Positions 32,787 through 42,153 of a DNA stretch of 64,000 bases are shown here, in pieces. Position numbers and translations under genes: made by a program. Below the pieces are notes generated by a model. The model searched no databases and was not told the DNA's origin. It saw only the letters and a list, made by a program, of their open reading frames with translations. This stretch comes from Patescibacteria group bacterium (GTDB taxonomy: Bacteria; Patescibacteriota; Patescibacteriia; UBA1558), in contig JADHUR010000002.1 of NCBI GenBank assembly GCA_016784445.1, positions 31,092-95,091 of the forward strand, in the 5' to 3' direction. The stretch's first letter is position 1; each line of letters begins with the position of its first letter.

Positions 32787-34172
32787 TTATGATGCGTATA
32801 GTTGTTGTCTTATTAATTCTATATCACTTTTTGTCTTGCTGTCATTCTTGATTTGGCCAGTTATTTTATTACATGCGTGTATTGCTGTGGTGTGATCTCT
32901 GCCTCCGAGCTCCTGCCCAATAGAAGGATATGAGCTTTTTAATTCTTCTCTCATAAGCCACATAGTAATCTGTCTTGGGAAGACTAATTCCTTTCTTCTG
33001 CTACTACCCATTAGATCTGCCATTGATATGTCGTAGAAATCAGCCACCTTTGTAGCTATCTTTTTTGGAGTTAAACCACTTTTCTTTGCACTAAGAGATA
33101 AAGAGCCTAATACACTTTTAACTGATTCTAATGTAATTTCTGAGTTGTTTAGTTGTTGATAGGCAATTATTCTGTTTAAAGCACCCTCCAATTCTCTAAT
33201 ATTGCTTTGTATGTTTTCAGAGACAAAAGCAAGTACATCTGGAGAAAGGGTAATTCCCTTTTCGTGGCACTTAGCCTCTAAAATAGCATATCTTGTTTCC
33301 ATATCAGGAGCACCAATATCTGCAATCATTCCCCATTCAAAACGAGAGATTAATCTCTGCTCAACTTCAGCAATAGCTTTTGGAGGCCTATCGGAAGTCA
33401 TAACAATCTGCTTATTCTTCTGATGCAATTCATTAAAGGTGTGAAAGAACTCTTCTTGAGTTTGTTCCTTGCCAGCTATAAATTGAATATCATCTATTAA
33501 TAATACATCAACTGTACGATAATATTTTTTCAACTCATCAGTAGTTCCCTTTTTAATTGAGTTAATAAAATCATTAACAAACTTTTCTGTATTTAAATAA
33601 ACAATTCTAATTTTCGGATCCTTAGCAAGAAGAGAGTTTCCAATAGCTTGTAATAAATGAGTTTTACCCAGTCCAACTCCTCCATATAAGAAGAGGGGGT
33701 TATATACTTCTCCTGGTTTATTAACCACTGCATTAGCAGCAGCTGTCGCTAAGTCATTTCCTTTTCCAACAATGAAAGAGTCAAACGTATATTTAGGATT
33801 TAAATTAAAATTATTTTGTGCTGGCTTAGGAGCCTCATTAGTGGAAGATTTCGATTCATCAGCTTGATCATCTTTAGTTGAATTTGCTACATGATTTTTT
33901 ATTTGATCAGGATTCTGATCTTTATTAGAAGCTACTTTATATATAACAGAATCAATTTTACCTTGGCTGCTTTTATTTAAAGCAGTTAGGATGTGATCAT
34001 GATACTTATTTTCAAGCCAAGCTTTTGTAAAGGCATTTGGCACACCAACCACTATATTACTTTCATCAACAGAGTGAATAAAAGTATTTTTAAACCAAGT
34101 AGTAAAGTTAGCTTTAGAAATTGTCAGTTCAAGTTCGCCTAGTACAGCGTCCCACAATTGATTTGTTAACAT
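32787..34172 (-). CDS. dnaA: Chromosomal replication initiator
   Basis: GGVGLGKTHL, LIDDIQF, NIRELEGAL and GGRDHTT. Confidence 0.99.
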   Translation of the reverse strand: MLTNQLWDAVLGELELTISKANFTTWFKNTFIHSVDESNIVVGVPNAFTKAWLENKYHDHILTALNKSSQGKIDSVIYKVASNKDQNPDQIKNHVANSTKDDQADESKSSTNEAPKPAQNNFNLNPKYTFDSFIVGKGNDLATAAANAVVNKPGEVYNPLFLYGGVGLGKTHLLQAIGNSLLAKDPKIRIVYLNTEKFVNDFINSIKKGTTDELKKYYRTVDVLLIDDIQFIAGKEQTQEEFFHTFNELHQKNKQIVMTSDRPPKAIAEVEQRLISRFEWGMIADIGAPDMETRYAILEAKCHEKGITLSPDVLAFVSENIQSNIRELEGALNRIIAYQQLNNSEITLESVKSVLGSLSLSAKKSGLTPKKIATKVADFYDISMADLMGSSRRKELVFPRQITMWLMREELKSSYPSIGQELGGRDHTTAIHACNKITGQIKNDSKTKSDIELIRQQLYAS

Positions 34173-34288
34173 TTATTTTTTTTGTTTATTAAATTAATAA
34201 CTTTTAAATAAAACGAGTGACGGTAATAATTTTAACACAAAGGGATGATTAAAAAAACATAGTTAAAAGGAGCGATTTGTTTACAACA

Positions 34289-34308
34289 TGTTGATAATAA
34301 GTTGATAA
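34289..34308. promoter_or_regulatory. DnaA boxes upstream of dnaA
   Basis: tgttgataa (34289) and agttgataa (34300), the same variant as in oriC. Confidence 0.65.
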
Positions 34309-34393
34309 TCTTTTATGTAGGCAAGGGTCTTTACAAGACGCTAAATAGTTGGTACACTACCGTTGCAAAATTTTTTAATAATAGATTAGATAT

Positions 34394-34546
34394 ATGCCTA
34401 AAAGAACATATCAACCTAAAAAAAGACACAGACTTAAAAAGCACGGCTTTATGGCTCGTCAGGCTACTGTTGGTGGTAAGAAAACACTAAAAAGAAGAAG
34501 AGCTAAAGGACGCGTAAAAGTTGCGGCTACAAATGAGAAAAAATAG
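34394..34546 (+). CDS. rpmH: 50S ribosomal protein L34 (absent from the ORF track)
   Basis: Manual translation [50 protein letters not shown]. Confidence 0.97.
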   Translation: MPKRTYQPKKRHRLKKHGFMARQATVGGKKTLKRRRAKGRVKVAATNEKK

Positions 34547-34865
34547 TTTATCCAAAGAAAAAGATATTATACGGGCCTTAAAGGGAAGGCCCTTTTTTTC
34601 GAGCTATTTAACTATAAAAGCTAAGAAAAATAGTGAAAATAAGGAGTATAGATATACCGTTATCGTTTCAAAAAAAACGCTAAAATTAGCAGTAGATAGG
34701 AATAAATTTAAGAGAAGAGTGAGAAGTATTATATCTAAATATGCAGACTTAATAGGAAAAGAGTGGGATTTTGCTATACTGGCTAAAAAAGGAGTTGAAA
34801 AAGCTGATTTCATTACCATTCAAGAGGAAATACACAAGGGATTGAAATCTTTAAGGATTATTTAA
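34533..34865 (+). CDS. rnpA: RNase P protein component
   Basis: VSKK...[10 protein letters not shown] motif; canonical gene position. Confidence 0.93.
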   Translation: MRKNSLSKEKDIIRALKGRPFFSSYLTIKAKKNSENKEYRYTVIVSKKTLKLAVDRNKFKRRVRSIISKYADLIGKEWDFAILAKKGVEKADFITIQEEIHKGLKSLRII

Positions 34866-35107
34866 TGTTTAAGAAAATATCATTGTATTTAATAAGAGGT
34901 TATCAAAAGCTCTTATCTCCAGATACGGGTATTTTAAAGGTTTTGTTTCCATTTGGCGCTTGCCGCTATTATCCTACATGTTCTGAGTATGGCCACCAGT
35001 CAATTAAAGAACACGGGACAATCAAAGGCATTATATATACAATTTGGAGAATATTAAGATGTAACCCATTGTCAAAAGGTGGTTATGACCCTATAATTAA
35101 AAAATAA
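34865..35107 (+). CDS. yidD: Membrane protein insertion efficiency factor
   Basis: CRYYPTCSEY and RCNP...GGYDP. Confidence 0.96.
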   Translation: MFKKISLYLIRGYQKLLSPDTGILKVLFPFGACRYYPTCSEYGHQSIKEHGTIKGIIYTIWRILRCNPLSKGGYDPIIKK

Positions 35108-35115
35108 AATAAACT

Positions 35116-35859
35116 ATGCTAATAGATCTATACAATACAATACTATACGAACCATTATTTAACATTTTAATGTTTTTTTATAATGTTGTTCCAATTAAAG
35201 ATATTGGTTTTTCAATAATACTGATTACAATTCTAGTAAGACTATTACTCTACCCTCTTTCAAAAAGTTCAATACAATCACAGAAGAAGCTGCAAGAACT
35301 CAAACCTCAAATAGATGAGCTTAAAGCAAAACACAAGGATGATAAGGAAGCTTTTGGTAAGGCAACTATGGAGCTGTATAAAAGAGAGAAAATTAATCCA
35401 GCATCATCTTGCTTGCCATTATTAATTCAATTGCCAATCTTAATTGCTGTTTACCAGGTGTTCCGTTTGGGGTTGTCTAATGAATCATTTGATGTTTTAT
35501 ATTCATTTATTGCTCACCCTGGAACAATTAATAGTATGTTCTTAGGATTTGTAAATTTAGCAGAACCAAACACAATACTTGCCGTGCTTGCTGGCGCTAG
35601 TCAATATGTTCAATCTAAAATGATTATGAACATAAAAGGTGAAGAAGGAAAGCCTAAAGAAAAGAAAGAAGGTAATGAAATAATGGATTCAATGGGAAAG
35701 CAAATGCTGTACATGATGCCACTATTTACAGTTTTTATTGGAATGTCTCTGCCAAGTGGCCTTGTGCTCTATTGGCTTATATCTATTGTGTTAACAGTTC
35801 TGCAACAGTATTTAATATTTTCTAAGAAGAAAAAAGATACAATAGAAGTAATAGGATAA
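35116..35859 (+). CDS. yidC: YidC/Oxa1 insertase (short form)
   Basis: NP.SSCLPLLIQLPI and P.GL.LYW. Confidence 0.95.
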   Translation: MLIDLYNTILYEPLFNILMFFYNVVPIKDIGFSIILITILVRLLLYPLSKSSIQSQKKLQELKPQIDELKAKHKDDKEAFGKATMELYKREKINPASSCLPLLIQLPILIAVYQVFRLGLSNESFDVLYSFIAHPGTINSMFLGFVNLAEPNTILAVLAGASQYVQSKMIMNIKGEEGKPKEKKEGNEIMDSMGKQMLYMMPLFTVFIGMSLPSGLVLYWLISIVLTVLQQYLIFSKKKKDTIEVIG

Positions 35860-35918
35860 ATATATTATATATTAAAAAAGCCGCTAAAAATAGCGGTTTT
35901 TTGTTTATATAGACTAGT

Positions 35919-36665
35919 TTAGAATAAACGTTTATTACCAACAATAACTTTCAATTTTTTAGAAACAACGGAAACAATTGCGGGTGGTTTAAGTTTTGTG
36001 ACCTGATCTGCAATAATAAATGCACCAGGCTTAGAGCACTCAACCTTTACTTCTTTAAATGGAATAATTGTAAGATCGCTCCCCTTCTTTAAAGTATCTT
36101 TTGTTGAGTTCATTACAAGTTCAAGTTGATTATCTGTTGGATCAAAATTGAATTTAGTTTCTTCATTAGCAGTAAATATTCCTAAATTATTAAAGGAAAC
36201 AATATTTTGTGGTCCAGTAGGTTTAATTTTATAGCTTGGCATATGAACAGTAGTGTCCTCATTTTTAATAACAGCAGAATCTATAAAATAATAATTTCCG
36301 ACTTTACCAAGGTCAACATTTTTAATAATTCTTTGAGCTAAAACTTCACAGGCTGCACCAAGCGGTGGTATGCCCAATATTTTTCCTATCTTAGATTTAT
36401 TATCTACCGGCACGATACCAAGAACAACATTTTTATCGGCAACAATATTAATGATTTTTGAAAAACTTACATCATTACCAACAACCACAACAGTTTTCAC
36501 TCCTTGTTTTATTCCATCTTCAACAACCTCTGCCATGTTTTTTAAGATATTAAGCCTAACTACCCTACCCTTAATACCTAAATCTACTAAACGGTTTTCA
36601 ATTTTGTATAGTTGACTTTGATATTTCTTCTCAGTTAAAAAATTGTCGTATATGTATAAATACAT
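35919..36665 (-). CDS. Diacylglycerol kinase-like protein
   Basis: VVVVGND (GGDG-like), LGIVP and VDLGKV. Confidence 0.65.
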   Translation of the reverse strand: MYLYIYDNFLTEKKYQSQLYKIENRLVDLGIKGRVVRLNILKNMAEVVEDGIKQGVKTVVVVGNDVSFSKIINIVADKNVVLGIVPVDNKSKIGKILGIPPLGAACEVLAQRIIKNVDLGKVGNYYFIDSAVIKNEDTTVHMPSYKIKPTGPQNIVSFNNLGIFTANEETKFNFDPTDNQLELVMNSTKDTLKKGSDLTIIPFKEVKVECSKPGAFIIADQVTKLKPPAIVSVVSKKLKVIVGNKRLF

Positions 36666-36676
36666 TAACTAAGAAT

Positions 36677-37072
36677 TTATTTAGTTTCTTTCTCAATCTT
36701 TTCTGGGGCTTTACTTTCAGGAACAGAAGTTACCTTACATTGTCCTATAAGTGATGCGCCCGGCTCAACTTCCAAAATCTTTGCTGAGACATTACCCTTG
36801 ATGGTTGCTGATTCTGTTATTTTTAGCTTATCTTTTACAGATACATTACCTATAACCTTTCCAGAGATATAAGCGTTCTTAGCGTCAATTTTAGCCTTTA
36901 CAACGGCTCCTTTGCCAATACGTAGATTATTAGCCGTGCTAATATTACCAACAACTTCTCCATCAATAATGATGTCGTGTTCACTATTAAAGTCACCTTC
37001 AACTCTAACCGATGGCCCAATAATAGTTTCTGCCGATTTTATATCCTTAGCTGGATTTTCTTCTTTAAACAT
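36677..37072 (-). CDS. Bactofilin
   Basis: TIIG..V.VEGD..IDG.V.G beta-helix repeats. Confidence 0.92.
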   Translation of the reverse strand: MFKEENPAKDIKSAETIIGPSVRVEGDFNSEHDIIIDGEVVGNISTANNLRIGKGAVVKAKIDAKNAYISGKVIGNVSVKDKLKITESATIKGNVSAKILEVEPGASLIGQCKVTSVPESKAPEKIEKETK

Positions 37073-37164
37073 AGGTTTTAATATATTAATTAATGTGTAT
37101 TACCCTTAGACAAATCTAAGTGAATATATTATAGTATAAACACTAAAAAAATAACAATTGATTT

Positions 37165-37260
37165 ATGAATGATTTGTATTATAAAAAGGACTTGAGACTG
37201 ATTGCAATACTAGCGATAGTGTTTGTAGCGTTGTTTGTTATAATTAGGCAATTTATATAG
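37165..37260 (+). CDS. Possible 31-aa single-TM small protein
   Basis: MNDLYYKKDLRLIAILAIVFVALFVIIRQFI. Confidence 0.4.
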   Translation: MNDLYYKKDLRLIAILAIVFVALFVIIRQFI

Positions 37261-37364
37261 TATTTACGTTTTACGACACATATAATTTAGTAAGATTAGC
37301 CAAATAAATACTATATGACAGTAGAATGTTCAAAATAGAGCATTTTTTTAATAGATTGTACCCT

Positions 37365-37439
37365 GCCCCTGTAGTTCAATGGATAGAACGGGACACTCCT
37401 AACGTCTAAATGTAGGTTCGATTCCTACCGGGGGCACCA
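37365..37439 (+). tRNA. tRNA-Arg(CCT)
   Basis: Cloverleaf, anticodon loop ctCCTaa, TTCGA, CCA. Confidence 0.92.
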
Positions 37440-37464
37440 GAAAAGCACCAAGGGGTGTTTTTTT

Positions 37465-37480
37465 TGTTCTACGTGGAACA
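37465..37480. promoter_or_regulatory. parS: parS site 1
   Basis: TGTTCTACGTGGAACA, one change from the palindrome TGTTCCACGTGGAACA; near oriC. Confidence 0.8.
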
Positions 37481-37549
37481 ATTTGCAGTTTGTTTAAATA
37501 TATGATTAACTAAGCTTAACGTACGTTAATAATTTGAAAAGGAGAATAT

Positions 37550-37999
37550 ATGAGCGAAAATAGCGATTTATTACGAAATGAGCTAGCTGACCTTATTTCA
37601 GCTGGAGCCATTTTTTTAGCACTTTTACTCCTTGTGGGTTTGGGTGGGTTCATTTCTGGGGAGTTCAATAATGTGTCATATTCTACACCCCTTACAATTG
37701 CGCTGATTATGTATGCAGTAAATATTATTTTTAAATTTTCTAAATACCCGTTTAGGTTATCTAGTTTAGGTTATTATGGAATTTGCATGGGAATATGTAT
37801 AAGCGCGTTGACTTCATACGTTATGGGGCAACAGCCTGCATCACTAATTTTTATAATTTTCGCTGCAATATTAATACTATTAGCTGTATATAGGAAAATT
37901 TACACACTTAACCTTGAAAAGCCAACATTGTATATAAATGTTGCGCTTGAGTCTGCAGTGGTTGCGTTGTTTGTTTTTTTGTATGTGACCCTCTTTTAA
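37550..37999 (+). CDS. Orphan multi-TM membrane protein
   Basis: AAGGAG SD, about 5 hydrophobic segments, own terminator. Confidence 0.65.
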   Translation: MSENSDLLRNELADLISAGAIFLALLLLVGLGGFISGEFNNVSYSTPLTIALIMYAVNIIFKFSKYPFRLSSLGYYGICMGICISALTSYVMGQQPASLIFIIFAAILILLAVYRKIYTLNLEKPTLYINVALESAVVALFVFLYVTLF

Positions 38000-38037
38000 A
38001 GCACATTAGCCCCTATTGATAATCATAGGGGCTTTTA

Positions 38038-38053
38038 TGTTCCACGTAGAACA
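38038..38053. promoter_or_regulatory. parS: parS site 2
   Basis: TGTTCCACGTAGAACA, the exact reverse complement of site 1. Confidence 0.8.
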
Positions 38054-38102
38054 TTATTGACCAAGTTATATATATAACATATAATTTTCCAGTCAGTTAT
38101 TT

Positions 38103-38179
38103 GGGCCCGTAGCTCAGTTGGTTAGAGCGCTTGCATGGCATGCAAGAGGTCGCTGGTTCGAATCCAGTCGGGTCCACCA
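38103..38179 (+). tRNA. tRNA-Ala(GGC)
   Basis: G3:U70 pair, cttgc-atGGCat-gcaag, CCA. Confidence 0.95.
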
Positions 38180-38222
38180 CCTATTTGGTGGTTTTTTTAT
38201 TAGCTAAATTATGATATTATTC

Positions 38223-38438
38223 AAATGTTCATTGTGCTGAAAGGCTAAATAGGTAGGGTAGTTTAAAATTACCAAAAATAACAGCTTGATCTGGAGCTGT
38301 GCTGAAGCCTAAAGGGAGGCAAGAAGGTCAACCCAGACTAGAAGCTAAGGTAAAATTTCATTTTAAGAATACCGAAGCTCTAGGTGACACATGACAACGG
38401 ACAGTCATTATATGGTCGCGGTAGGCCAATGAACATTT
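38223..38438 (+). ncRNA. Unassigned structured non-coding RNA
   Basis: Perfect 12-bp closing stem, several internal hairpins, upstream extended -10, downstream terminator, no ORF in the track. Confidence 0.65.
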
Positions 38439-38440
38439 TT

Positions 38441-38467
38441 AAGAGCCATCACAAAGGTGGCTCTTTT
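38441..38467 (+). terminator. Terminator of the putative ncRNA
   Basis: aagagccatc/ggtggctctt followed by T residues. Confidence 0.75.
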
Positions 38468-38527
38468 CATTTGTCTTAGAATCCTATTCGACATATAATT
38501 GGTATACTAAATTTTTAAAATTATATT

Positions 38528-38977
38528 ATGTATTTTCCATCTCACGTTGCAGCGGGACTTGTTATTGGTAAATTGACAGGTGACTATACAACTGCTGTCA
38601 TTGCGTCTGTGTTTCCAGACACAGATCATCTCTATGCTTTTTTTAAGCACGGTTATTTTAAGAACTGGAAAAAGTTTATTGATACTGTAGTTAGGAAAGA
38701 GGATCCGTTTGATGATCAAAGAAATTATTTTCATAACATTTTTATAGCAATGGGGTTTTGGATTATTGTAATGCTTATAAACTTTCAAGTGGGCCTAGTA
38801 TTTTCAATTGCATATTTTGTTCACCTAGTATTTGATTCATTAGACGGAGCGGAATATTATCCCTTATACCCAAATAAGAAAATAAATCTTAAAGGACCGA
38901 TTGGATATTTTTCAAAGTATGACATGGCTGTTAGTATATTTCTAATTATAGTATTTGTAGCTTTGACCCTTATATAA
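38528..38977 (+). CDS. Membrane-bound metal-dependent hydrolase (YdjM-like)
   Basis: SH..., PDTDH, R.YFHN and HL..D. Confidence 0.8.
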   Translation: MYFPSHVAAGLVIGKLTGDYTTAVIASVFPDTDHLYAFFKHGYFKNWKKFIDTVVRKEDPFDDQRNYFHNIFIAMGFWIIVMLINFQVGLVFSIAYFVHLVFDSLDGAEYYPLYPNKKINLKGPIGYFSKYDMAVSIFLIIVFVALTLI

Positions 38978-38978
38978 T

Positions 38979-39007
38979 TTGACATATATACCCCCAGGGG
39001 GTATAAT
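38979..39007 (+). promoter_or_regulatory. Consensus sigma70 promoter with CsoR-type operator
   Basis: TTGACA-17 nt-TATAAT containing the palindrome TATACCCCC-A-GGGGGTATA (38987-39005). Confidence 0.9.
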
Positions 39008-39013
39008 ACTTTT

Positions 39014-39271
39014 ATGGTAAAAAAAGATATAGAAAATAAGAAATTGAAGTCTAGAGTAGCCCGTATAAAGGGGCAGCTTAATGGCTTAGAACAAATGCTA
39101 GATGATAAAAAAGATTGTCTTGAAATATTGAATCAATTAGCAGCTATTAAAGGTGCCTTGTCTGCCTTGGGACTTGCCATAACCGAAGAAGAAACAGGAT
39201 GCTTACGAATTCATAAGGGGGATGAAAAAAAACTTCAAGATATATTAAATAGATTTTTAAAAATTAATTAA
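39014..39271 (+). CDS. CsoR/RcnR family repressor
   Basis: RVARIKGQL.GL..M....DC.EIL.QLAA..GAL. Confidence 0.92.
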   Translation: MVKKDIENKKLKSRVARIKGQLNGLEQMLDDKKDCLEILNQLAAIKGALSALGLAITEEETGCLRIHKGDEKKLQDILNRFLKIN

Positions 39272-39275
39272 GATT

Positions 39276-40199
39276 ATGAATAAATATGATGTAATAATTA
39301 TTGGCTCAGGGCCAGCTGGTTATTCAGCTGCTATTTATACAACAAGAGCTGAACTTAAAACCTTAATTCTACTTGGTGCTGAAGTCGGGGGACAATTAAC
39401 AACTACTACTGATGTGGAAAATTATCCGGGTTTTCCAGAGGGAATTATGGGGCCAGAATTAATGATGAAAATGAAAGAGCAGGCAGAAAGATTTGGAGCA
39501 GAAACAGTAAGTAAAACAGCAACTAATATAGAAGTAAAAGGAGAAAAAGATTTTATTGTAAAAACAGAAGATGAAAGTTATGCAGCAAAGTCTATTATCA
39601 TTGCAACAGGTGCTTCAGCTAAGTGGCTAGGACTTGAAAGTGAACAAAAATTAAGAGGTCATGGAGTGTCAGCTTGTGCAACTTGTGACGGTTTCTTTTT
39701 TAAAGGGAAAACAATAGCAGTAGTAGGAGCTGGAGATGCTGCTATGGAAGAAGCAAATTTTTTAACAACTTTTGCTACAAAGGTTTATCTACTTGTTCGT
39801 AAAAGTAAAGATGAAATGAAGGCCAGTAAGATTATGCAAGAACGTGCACTTAATAATCCAAAGATTGAGTTTGTTTTTAATACAGAAGTAAAAGAAGTTT
39901 TAGGTGAGAATAAAGTATCTGGGGTTAGGGTTATTAATAATAAAACTAAAGAAGAGAAAGAAATAGAGCTAGAAGGCTTATTTATTGCTATTGGACACAA
40001 GCCTAATACAGATTTTTTAAAGGATGTGGTAAAATTAGACAGCAAAGGCTATCTTGAGATTACAGATAATACAAAGACAAGTCAGGAGGGTATTTTTGCT
40101 GGCGGAGATGTAGCAGATTATAGATATCGCCAGGCAATAACGGCTGCTGGTACCGGATGTATGGCGTCTCTGGATGTAATAAACTATTTAAGTAAATAA
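39276..40199 (+). CDS. trxB: Thioredoxin reductase
   Basis: GSGPAG, CATCDG and RQAITAAG.G. Confidence 0.98.
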   Translation: MNKYDVIIIGSGPAGYSAAIYTTRAELKTLILLGAEVGGQLTTTTDVENYPGFPEGIMGPELMMKMKEQAERFGAETVSKTATNIEVKGEKDFIVKTEDESYAAKSIIIATGASAKWLGLESEQKLRGHGVSACATCDGFFFKGKTIAVVGAGDAAMEEANFLTTFATKVYLLVRKSKDEMKASKIMQERALNNPKIEFVFNTEVKEVLGENKVSGVRVINNKTKEEKEIELEGLFIAIGHKPNTDFLKDVVKLDSKGYLEITDNTKTSQEGIFAGGDVADYRYRQAITAAGTGCMASLDVINYLSK

Positions 40200-40222
40200 A
40201 TTAAAAATTAAGAAAAAATATT

Positions 40223-40540
40223 ATGGCAGAATTTGTAACAGATCAAAACTTTGAAGCAGAAGTTTTAAAATCAGACACACCCGTATTAGTAGATTTCTAT
40301 GCAGAATGGTGTGGTCCTTGTAAAATGATGAGTCCAGTTATTGATGAACTTTCAAAAGAATATGAGGGTAAGGTTAAAATAGTTAAACTCAATGTTGATG
40401 AAAATCAGGAGACAGCTGGTAAATATCAAGTTATGAGTATACCAACTTTATTTATTTTTAAGGGTGGAGAGATTGTAGAGCAAATGGTTGGCTTTCAAGA
40501 TAAGAACGCTCTTAAAGATAGAATAGATAATATTAAGTAA
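40223..40540 (+). CDS. trxA: Thioredoxin
   Basis: WCGPC. Confidence 0.98.
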   Translation: MAEFVTDQNFEAEVLKSDTPVLVDFYAEWCGPCKMMSPVIDELSKEYEGKVKIVKLNVDENQETAGKYQVMSIPTLFIFKGGEIVEQMVGFQDKNALKDRIDNIK

Positions 40541-40643
40541 TGAATAGATTAAAAAATATTTTGAATTGTAAATAATAACAAATGAGCTGGGTTTAAGGCC
40601 CAGTCTTTTGTCGCTATTTAAGGATTATTATTTAAAAAATAAT

Positions 40644-41804
40644 ATGGACTATTATAAAGAAAGCTTAAAATTACATAAAGCAAAAAAAGGAAAACTAGAA
40701 GTAAAGTCCAAGGTAAAAATAAAAAACAGGACAGATCTTTCTTTAGCATATACTCCAGGTGTAGCAGAGCCATGTAGAGTTATTGCAAAAGATAAAAATA
40801 AAGTTTATGAGTATACAGCAAAAGCAAACACTGTAGCTGTTATAACTGACGGAAGTGCTGTACTTGGACTTGGGAATATTGGAGCAGAAGCATCTATACC
40901 AGTTATGGAAGGAAAGGCAATTTTATTTAAAGAGTTTGCAGGAATTGATGCGTGGCCAATTGCTCTTGCTAGTCAAGATGTAAAAAAGAACATTGAAACA
41001 ATAAAGAATATTGCACCAATGTTTGGAGGTATAAATCTTGAAGATATTAAAGCGCCAGAGTGTTTTGAAATTGAAAATGCATTGCAAGATTTAGGAATAC
41101 CAGTTATGCATGATGATCAACATGGAACGGCTATTGTAACATTAGCTGCCATTATAAATGGACTTAAAGTTGTTAATAAAAAAATACAGGATGTAAAAAT
41201 TATTTTAAGCGGAGCTGGTTCAGCTGGAATGGCAATAGCAAAATTATTTATAGCATACGGAGTAAATTCAAAAAATATTATAATGCTAGATAGTAAGGGT
41301 GCTTTACATAAAAACAGGAAAGATATAAAAAATAATAAAGCCAAAATAGAAATAGCTAGAATATCCAATGGCAAAAATTTAATTGGTGGCTTAAGAGAGG
41401 TTATTGTTGATGCGGATATATTTATTGGAGTGTCAAAGGGCGGACTATTAAAAGCTCCAATGGTAAGGAAAATGAATAAAGACTCAATTGTAATAGCAAT
41501 GGCAAATCCAATACCAGAAATAATGCCGGATATTGCAAAGTCAGCGGGGGCTAGAATTGTTGCTACTGGAAGGAGCGACTTCCCAAATCAGGTTAATAAT
41601 GTTTTAGCTTTTCCAGGTGTATTTAGGGGAGCTTTAGATATTAGAGCTAGGCAAATAACCACATCAATGAAACTAGAAGCTGCCAAAGCTCTAGCTGATT
41701 GTGTGAGCAGGCCAACAGCTGACAATATCATCCCTAACCCTTTTAATAAGCGTGTGGTGAAATGTGTAGCAAATGCAGTTAAAAAGGAATGGTTGAGAAA
41801 GTAG
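40644..41804 (+). CDS. NAD(P)-dependent malic enzyme (short type)
   Basis: AYTPGVA, GINLEDI, HDDQHGTA, GAGSAG and TGRSDFPNQ.NN; ATG at 40644. Confidence 0.95.
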   Translation: MDYYKESLKLHKAKKGKLEVKSKVKIKNRTDLSLAYTPGVAEPCRVIAKDKNKVYEYTAKANTVAVITDGSAVLGLGNIGAEASIPVMEGKAILFKEFAGIDAWPIALASQDVKKNIETIKNIAPMFGGINLEDIKAPECFEIENALQDLGIPVMHDDQHGTAIVTLAAIINGLKVVNKKIQDVKIILSGAGSAGMAIAKLFIAYGVNSKNIIMLDSKGALHKNRKDIKNNKAKIEIARISNGKNLIGGLREVIVDADIFIGVSKGGLLKAPMVRKMNKDSIVIAMANPIPEIMPDIAKSAGARIVATGRSDFPNQVNNVLAFPGVFRGALDIRARQITTSMKLEAAKALADCVSRPTADNIIPNPFNKRVVKCVANAVKKEWLRK

Positions 41805-42153
41805 AACATTAATGTGTAACAGAATCGAACATCATCCGTCTAATATTATAGAAGGGTATAAATGAATATTTTCAAAGCCACAAATGTGTAAAAACAAAAA
41901 CCAAAACACGATTGTGGTTTTTTGTAAATATAAAATATATGAATATTAAATTAAACAAAAGAAAAGTTAGTAAAACCAACACTTGTTGGTATATTTTGCT
42001 GCACTTTAAAATTAAAGGAGGATCAGGGTTTGTACTATAATATTTAATTAAAAAATAAAAGACTATTATTCAAGGCTCTGATGCATTCAGAGTCTTTATT
42101 GATTGCCAATGAAGATATAAAGGTCGAGTTTATTAACCAATTTAGCTGGGTAT

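Noticed and set aside
34302-34490. 62-aa ORF in the track
   Set aside because: Wrong frame; the real gene is rpmH at 34394-34546
37465-38053. Inverted 16-mers as IS/MITE ends or integron attC sites
   Set aside because: They match the parS consensus near oriC; no transposase, target duplication or integrase
38223-38438. Assignment of the ncRNA as RNase P RNA, tmRNA or a group I/II intron
   Set aside because: No GAGGAAAGUC P4 strand, no tRNA-like ends, no interrupted host gene and no domain V motif
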